Source: Eledone cirrhosa
Lineage: Eukaryota
Length of the DNA: 64,000 nt
Assembly: GCA_964016885.1 (NCBI GenBank)
Contig: OZ024744.1
Span: 33,108,001-33,172,000, forward strand
Direction of reading: 5' to 3'
Position 1 is the stretch's first letter, and every line of letters begins with the position of its first letter. A program made the position numbers and the translations under genes. The notes under the pieces are model-generated. The model saw nothing but the letters and a program-made list of their open reading frames with translations. It did not search any database and was not told where the DNA came from. Positions 54,226 through 64,000 of the stretch are shown here, piece after piece.

Positions 54226-54330
54226 GACCCCGATGGCTAAGCATCTGCCGTTTCAACAGCAAGATCCGAACCAAACCACCGGTGTTCTGGCTGCGAAAAT
54301 AGCTGGCCTCATCGGGAGGGGAGGGGTGGA
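54226..54330 (-). ncRNA. Degenerate type I hammerhead with long stems II and III
   Basis: CCTC-CCGATGA-GGCCAGC...GCTGTT-GAAA-CGGC..GCCA-TC-GGGG; related to the 63231 family. Confidence 0.45.
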
Positions 54331-54585
54331 AAGTTCAAATATGGACAATCAGGCTGTACATAAGTCTTAAAAGAAAGTCTCTGGTTTTTTTCGGGTAGTG
54401 GTCAATATGTATGTCTTCTTGTGATCAGCTGTCTTTGTTCTGCTGTATTCTGTTGGAGTGAAACACTGCTCCAAACCTACAGGCTCATCGGAACGGCGCA
54501 TATCAGGGATTCATTGGCATTAAGTGCCAAGATGTACAACATTCTTTTTTCTGGAGAAGACACTAGTCTGTTACAGAACTAACTC

Positions 54586-54621
<36 letters not shown>

Positions 54622-55216
54622 ATTTCTGCTGCTGCTACTGCTGCTTCTGCTGCTGTTGCTAGTACACGTTATTTTTACAGCTGGGTAGACTGAAGAAATG
54701 TGCAATAGAGCATCTCGCTCAAGGACACAATACGCCGCTATATTCTGGTATCGAACTTGCTACCTTACGGACGTGAGCCAACCACCATAAACGCTATGCC
54801 ACGTGTTTATGATCCGCAAACATCTTAAACATGTGAGAAACAGCTGCGTTTAGTAATATCATTTAATCTGATATACGGGGTAGGATTTTATCAAAAGAAA
54901 TGTTCATATTGGATAGAGGCGTGACTATATCCCAACTTTTACGAAATAAGATCGGACACGTGAACATGTGGTTCGGTGGCGAACCTCTTAACCATAGAAC
55001 CATGTCTATATAAAAATATGGTTATTTGATTCTTTTGTATTTGTGTTTACAAGTTTCAGTCACTGAACTGTGCCACACCCCACACCCAGTGACACTGACT
55101 TACTGTGTGTATAAGTTGATTACATGGACCCCAGTAACGACATGTGCATATATGAGATATCCGATCTAGAAAGGCCTTTAGAAAAAGTTTATAAATATAA
55201 ATATATATCTATATAT

Positions 55217-55267
<51 letters not shown>

Positions 55268-55406
55268 TACACACACACACACACACACATGCGCGCGCGC
55301 GCACACCCACACACACCCACATACACACACGTGCGCACACACACACAAACACACACACACACACATATATATGTATATATACATATGCATATGTGTGTGT
55401 GTGTGT

Positions 55407-55565
55407 GGCGGCGAGTTAGCAGAGTCGTTAGAACGTCAGATAGAATGCTTTATGTTATTTTTCCAACTTTCTGCTCTTTGAGTTCAAATCCCGCCAAGGT
55501 CAACTTTGTTTTACATCCTTTCATGGTCGATAAAAAAACGTACCAGTCTAATACTTGGGTCGATT
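55407..55565 (+). mobile_element. tRNA-derived SINE (Meta/MESC-like)
   Basis: GGCGGCGAGTTAGCAGAG A-box-like head and GAGTTCAAATCCCG B-box. Confidence 0.7.
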
Positions 55566-55719
55566 CTTCCGCTGTATTCCTTTCTCATTTCCTGTTTTAC
55601 TTTCTATCTTTCTCTGGAAGAAATCTACTGTACTCAGGCCTGGAGAGGGAGGGGTTGTATTTCAATACTACGCTCTTACGACTGTATCAGGAGTTACGGG
55701 ACCAAGGAAGGATATATAT

Positions 55720-57910
55720 ATAAGAGGAGAGGGTAGATATCTTGCGGCTAATATTAGGGATGAGGGAGGGTGGCATGACTGTTTATTTATATATTTTAGA
55801 TTCTCATTAGGTTTATGGTAAGGTTTAAATGAAGCAGTGAGTAAGTTAAGATTTATATCGAGGAAATTTACGTTGTAGTATCTATAGTAATTTTACTGTA
55901 GTATCTATAGTAATTTTAAGGTTTAGGTCAGAGAAAATTTTAATTAAATCTTTACAAAAAGTGTCCGTCGTCTCGATATAACCCGATGGTGTGACCTGGG
56001 AGTTGTTCCCCTATTGTGTGTAAAAGGAACAAACCGACCAAATCACACACATCGGCATTGTCAAAGGAACCCACAGAGACATCAAAAGGGTTTTCTGTGT
56101 TAGATTAGTTTACCCAAGCAAAAAGTAGAGTTTATATATATATATATAAACTCTACTTAAATTTCCTTGATATAAATCTTAACTTACTCACCGCTTCATT
56201 TAAACCTTACCATAAACCTAATGAGAATCTAAAATATATAAATAAACAATCATGCCACTCTCCTTCATCCCTAATATTAGCCGCATATATCTACCCTCTC
56301 CTCTTATGAAGAAATATTTAATAAAGCAGCCCTATACTATAATAAGGCTCTTAAAAATAGCGGATTCACTGAACAAATTAAATATATTTCTATCCTCTCC
56401 AACCCTTCTACAATAATAATACAAAACGAAAAATAATCTTGTTCACACCACCCTTCTCTTTAGCACTCAAAACTATTGTAGGTAGAAAGTTCCTTGAATT
56501 AGTAGATAAATATAACAAATTTTTAACAGAAACTGTGTCAAGATTAGCTATTCTTGCAGTCCTTCCATAAAATCGAAAATCACCACCGGAAAAACTGACA
56601 GAGTAATCCTAGGATGTTCATGCAGAAATCCGGGTGAATTTCCTTTGCAAAGCAAATGCAACATTAAATCGGTTGTATATGAGGCAATTATAAGACCTAT
56701 TAACACAACCCAACCTTCTACCGGAGAACGTTATGTGGGAATGACCCAGGATACCTTTAAAAAAAAAGATGCTATGCCCGCATCGCCTCCTTTCGACACC
56801 AGGATAAAAAGAAAACTACGGCGCTGGCAAATAGAATGTGGGAGATGAAAGAACGTGGGATCCCATATGAAATTGATTGGTCTATTTTAGACCAATAAAA
56901 AGAATATGTTAAAGGTACAAGGTGTACCTTGTGTGTAACAGAAAAATATAGAATTATACAAAATCTGAAATCTCCCAACACCTGTCTTAACTCTAATTCT
57001 GAGATATTTAAAATGTGCCCACATATAAGAACTCATCTCCTTTCTTGGCATCAAAACACCATTTTGGACACTTACCCACCTCGAACACTCTCTCCTTTTC
57101 GCACATTCAACAATTATCTTATACTACGCCTTGAACACTCTCTCTTACTTTAAACACTATGGAAAATTATCACACATTCAACATTAATATTATGCCCTTA
57201 TTTTATATTACACCTATTCTATTCATTTCTTCATTTCCCATACTTTTACCTTGAACAATCTCTCTTACTTTACCACGAACACTCTCTCTTATTTTAAACA
57301 CCTTTTTTTTTACATATTCAACACTTATTTTATTCTATTTTATTTTATTTTACACTCATATTATTCACTTATTGACTTCATCCTTTCCTGAACAATATCT
57401 CTTATTTTTACCACCATGGCACTTTACCTCATAATTCCAACATTTTTATCTTATATTACACCTAGTTTATCCATTTCTTCATTTACTTTTGCCTTGAACA
57501 CTCTCTATTATTTTAACCATGAACAGTCTCTCTTATTTTAGACACCCTGAACTTTTTTTTTACATATTCAACACTTATTTTATTTTACTTTATTTTTATT
57601 TATTTACACTTATATTCACTTTTCTTGAACATTCTCTCTTATTTTAACCACCCTGGACCTTTATCACATACTTTCAACAACAAAATATTTTTATAGCTCT
57701 GTTCTATACATAGAGCACTCGTTTTGCCTTTGCCATTATCACATTCTTTCAACAACAAAATATATTTATATATTTATATGTATATGTAAAAGACTATTTT
57801 GAGTTTCTAACTCAATCTATGATATATTTATATTTATATATTTTTATAGCTCCCTTCTATACATAGAGCACTCATTTTTCCTTTGATTTTTCTTCGGAAT
57901 TACCTAACAC
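55720..57910 (+). mobile_element. PLE 3' fragment with inverted 5' piece and repeat-rich 3' UTR
   Basis: YHKPNE..KYINKQSCH, FTPPFS, CSCR..PLQSKCNIKSVVYEA..YVGMTQDTFK. 55720-55870 is inverted at 56160-56308. TTGAACACTCTCTCTT repeats at 57080-57650. Confidence 0.8.
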
Positions 57911-57952
57911 ATATATTTATATATATATATATATATTTTTTATATATATATA

Positions 57953-58148
<196 letters not shown>

Positions 58149-58541
58149 TTTGTATACTTGTGTGTGTATTTTTGCATGCTTCCATAGTTTATACTTCCAC
58201 TGGACACATACATGCATGTATCTATGTATCTATATGTAGTTTTGCGTATGTGACTGTATTTATGAATAAGTTTATCTTTATGTGTGTGACGTTTTTGTAT
58301 CATTTTGTCGGACCGCTTATCTATATTTTTATTTTATGTTTTTACATTATTTTATTTGTCCCTTGTATTTGCGTATGTATATATCTGCAGGCTAGTGTGT
58401 TAATACGCTTCTGTCTATGCCATGTATATATATGTATGTGCATACGTATTTGTTATATTTATTTACTTTTTTACATACGATTTCGTAGCGTTAACGTTCA
58501 TATGTGTGTGTAAGTGTGTGTACATGTATATGTACATATAC

Positions 58542-58582
<41 letters not shown>

Positions 58583-58677
58583 TGTGTATGTGTGCTTATG
58601 TGTGTGTATATGTGTATGTATATGTTTGTGTGTGTATGCCTGTATATGTTTACGTTGGTATGAATATATATGCGTAG

Positions 58678-59016
<339 letters not shown>

Positions 59017-59020
<4 letters not shown>

Positions 59021-60295
59021 GAAAGTAAAACAAAGAAGCCTTCAATATATCAAAAGTCTTTATTAGCCGACAATGTTTCGTCCTATTAAGGACTCATCAC
59101 TCATCCACATGCATCCACCAACCTTCACTCATCACTCATCCACACTCATCCACCAACCTTGTAATTATAAGTAATTATATATTATATTATGTTAATTATT
59201 TTATATAATATATTATATTATATAGTATTTTTTATTGTAATATTGATCCTTATTACTTACCGTTAATTATATGTAACATTATGATGTTAAACTTTATATA
59301 TCATGTAAGATGTTTGTATTTTTTGTACCATCATAATTTTTGGGTATTGTACAATTTATTTTTCCTCACCTACTCTGTAACCCAATATGAATTGATTTGT
59401 TAACTTGAGTACCATTATATATTGTTTATTATAAATGTTAGTATATTGTATATTATAAATGTTAGTATATTATTATTATATTATTATTGTGACATCTATA
59501 TTGTTTGTGTAAATTAACCGGAGATTATCTATTCTATTATATTATATTATATAGTATATTATTGTATTGTTCATTATTTATTATATGTACTACTTATAAG
59601 TATATCATATTATTACCTCATGTATATTGGGTAGATGTATTAGTATTATTATTATTATTATTTTCATTCCTATCATGCTTATTTTTATATTCAAACTCTT
59701 AATAAGGTTTAATTTGTGCAGTTGAAGATGGATATGTGTATTGTTGTATGTGTATGTGTGTGTACGTGTGAGTACATATATACATATGCATATTGTACCT
59801 TTTGATTTTTATTGTGATTTTAATATTGGTAAAGCTATATTATATTATATTACATTGTATTATATATAATTTCTGCTCTATATAACCACCTTTGTTTAGC
59901 TCTAGGTTTTTTTTGCTTTGGACTATATTTGTAATATGGTTCTTAATGTTATATACATCCTTAGTAATTTTTATTATATATTTTTATTATTTTTATTATA
60001 TATTTTTACCCATAATCTTGCAATACTTTAGTGTATGTACACTCCATATTCTTCGGAGCTTCCGGCTTGTATCTGCCGATAATACTTCTTGTTGTTTTAA
60101 TTGCCCTGATGAGTCCTTAATAGGACGAAACATTGTCGGCTAATAAAGACTTTTGATGTATTGAAGGCTTCTTTGTTTTACTTTCTTAATTTCTTAATTT
60201 TTCGGCTCTGTTTAACTACATTGAGCTATACCTTTTACTGTAATTTCTATAATACGAAGAGGGTGTTTAACTCCAACACGCTCCAGTATTTTAAC

Positions 60296-60299
<4 letters not shown>
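59017..60299 (+). mobile_element. PLE-type 3' fragment with inverted 5' copy
   Basis: 59017-59099 is the reverse complement of 60107-60189; (TA)n flanks. Confidence 0.7.
60103..60140 (+). ncRNA. Minimal type I hammerhead ribozyme
   Basis: GCC-CTGATGA-GTCC TTAATA GGAC-GAAA-CATTG-TC-GGC; canonical core and GUC triplet. Confidence 0.88.
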
Positions 60300-60384
<85 letters not shown>

Positions 60385-60977
60385 GTGCTAAAGCTACATT
60401 CCGAATTTGCATTCGTTAGCTTAGCCGCAGCCTAAAGCTTCGTTAATGCTGTACTAACATTTGTATTTTAACTCCTAGAATTAACGATTAACTGATTAAT
60501 TTAATTAGACAGTTCTATTGATTGATTAATTGTTTATGTTTGTTTGATAACTTCTGGTTGAGTGCTTAATTTGGTTGGTCTAAGGGAATGTCATTCCTTT
60601 GTCTCAAATTTCGAATTCACCGCCAAAACGGGGTTTACCTCCCTTGGAGAAAACCACGTGTCTATAGCAAAATTTACTGCTAGAACACACACACTTGTTG
60701 ACGAAGTAAATTCTTTGTTCTGTCGTCAAAGCCATTAACTTGCAGACCCCTGCAAGCGGAATTTGTCGATCTTGGATTTACAGAAACCTAGCGTGGATGT
60801 TGTATGTTATATGTGATGTATATCATATGCTATACGATATGCATTATGTATTGCATTCAGTCTCCGCGCGATGGTCCAGGTCAGTCAAAAATCTTTTTCC
60901 TGAGTCCAACCATTTTCGTTGCTATGGCAATGCGGCTGGACTGCCGATCGCTATATTTGATTTGCATAACTCTGGGG

Positions 60978-62360
<1,383 letters not shown>

Positions 62361-62378
62361 TATATATATATATATATA

Positions 62379-63200
62379 TGTTGAAAAGGTAACACACTAG
62401 AGAGATATACAGTGCGTAGTGCGCCATCAATAAAACAGGGAAAAAAACCACCAGTGTATAGAATCTATATTCTGCCTTTCATAGGTTATAGATTCCATAC
62501 ACTGGTGGTTTTTTCCCTTTTATATTGATGGCGCACTGTATCTCTCTCTAGTGTGTTACTTTTTCAACATATTGTATTTTAAATTGCCCAGGATTTCCTC
62601 GCCTTTGAGCACATTATTTACAGGAACGGCGAGAGTCTATGGCTCCGTTAATATATCGTGATATTTCGCTCCTTATAACAGCCTTTCTCGTCCCTCTCTG
62701 TTTGGTTGAGCACACTTCTCTGAGTTGTTTTGGGCTGCCCTTTCTAGCAGCTTGTCCCTCAGAGGCCATTGGTTCACTGCTCTTAAACATGCTGTGACTT
62801 CTCTCTCCCACGTGTAGTTGGACGGCCGCTTTAAAAGTTCTCTTAGTATTGTCTGAAATGTATAGCCTAACACACGCTGATGAACCTGGGTTATTTCAGT
62901 TCCGTTAACAACTTACTGGCGAAACAGATCACTTTGGATTTGTACGTGTGTTATATAGTTATAGAGATATTTATTTACGCTTTAATTTTAATTTTTAATT
63001 ATCGTGTCTATATTCTGCCTTTCATAGGATATAGATTCCATACACTGGTGGTTTTTCCCCTGTTTTATTGATGGCGCACTGCATCTCTCTCTAGTGTGTT
63101 ACCTTTTCAACATATTGTATTTTAAAGTGCCCAGGATTTCCTCTCCTTTGAGCACATTATTTACAGGGACCGGCGAGAGTTTATGGCTCCGTTAATGTAT

Positions 63201-63208
<8 letters not shown>
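62379..63208 (+). mobile_element. ORF-less ~543-bp unit with direct repeat, 5' inversion and full hammerhead
   Basis: 62464-62663 is repeated at 63007-63207; 62379-62467 is inverted. Confidence 0.75.
62869..62952 (+). ncRNA. Type I hammerhead ribozyme with full stem III
   Basis: AACACACG-CTGATGA...GAAA-CAGATC ACTTTG GATTTG-TA-CGTGTGTT with an 8-bp stem I. Confidence 0.88.
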
Positions 63209-63230
<22 letters not shown>

Positions 63231-63235
<5 letters not shown>

Positions 63236-63705
63236 AACGAGTAGGACCCCGACGGCTGAGCTCAAGCCGTTTAGACGGCTATTTCTGGACTAAATGAACA
63301 TTTTTATCCTGGTATTTGAATAGCCGAGCTTCTCATGGGGTAATTCCATATATGGTAAAAGTGATTGTCACAAGGATTGGTCAAAAGTTTTTTGTTGAGA
63401 CATAATAATTCTATCATGCCAATTTGTGGAGGCAAATTGCCATGATAGAATTATTATGTCTCAACAAAAAACGTTTGACCAATCCTTGTGACAATCACTT
63501 TTACCATATATGGAATTACCCCATGAGAAGCTCGGCTATTCAAATACCAGGATAAAAATGTTCATTTAGTCCATAAATAGCCGTCTAAACGGCTTGAGCT
63601 CAGCCGTCGGGGTCCTACTCGTTCCTATTACCCACTCTACTACCCTAAGTATTGAGTACTTTGGTGCGTTATGGTCCATCTGGTTCCTTACCACATTTCC
63701 TTCGT

Positions 63706-63708
<3 letters not shown>
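63231..63708 (+). mobile_element. Fold-back insertion with ~195-bp arms plus tail
   Basis: 63231-63425 pairs with 63432-63628; degenerate HHR at 63518-63614. Confidence 0.8.
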
Positions 63709-63733
<25 letters not shown>

Positions 63734-63738
<5 letters not shown>

Positions 63739-64000
63739 ATACTTGGGGAGGGTCATATTATTGTAATGCTATTGCCAGAAATAATAACAGAACACACTCA
63801 CTGTTTGGTTGGTTTTCTGCATCTTTTATATCTCCATAGTTAATTCATTTGGCAATCAATGTTTATCATTGACTGACCAACGGTCAAAAATACAGATATG
63901 AATATATATATATATAGTCTAACAAAGTTCTCTCGTCACATATCTATAGCATCATCAGTCGTACTGTTATCATGTTTCCTCCTATTGTGTCGTGTTTACT
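63734..64000 (-). mobile_element. pLTR related to the 20-26 kb Penelope family
   Basis: TTGGGGAGGGTCATAT...AACACACTCACTGTTTGG; degenerate HHR at ~63920-63963. Confidence 0.7.

Noticed and set aside
54587-54660. (CTG)n tract suggesting a polyQ/polyA exon
   Set aside because: It lies inside a SINE remnant with no ORF support.

Overview
Repeat-dominated, AT-rich eukaryotic DNA with no recognisable host gene. The SINE families and the (TA)n/(CA)n load resemble an octopod cephalopod genome (inference). The main autonomous-type elements are a Penelope-like retroelement (PLE; RT plus GIY-YIG, frameshifted) present as a ~6.2-kb palindrome (20170-26400), a decayed Helitron RepHel locus bracketed by two 359-bp mini-Helitrons (30968-37559), and two further PLE 3' fragments. 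There are also RTE and CRE LINE 3' ends, tRNA-derived SINEs, a hAT-like MITE and a long-TIR element. Reading by eye finds more than 25 hammerhead-ribozyme (HHR) motifs (CUGANGA...GAAA...UH) from well over a dozen unrelated short elements inserted in microsatellites. Several of these are ORF-less 500-800-bp tandem units that look like retrozymes. Two families (45103-46130 and 48945-49620) carry the three HHR strands in a non-circularly permuted order (cleavage strand, then GAAA strand, then CUGANGA strand); this is the most unusual signal in the window. All structures were folded by eye, and no searches or computations were run.
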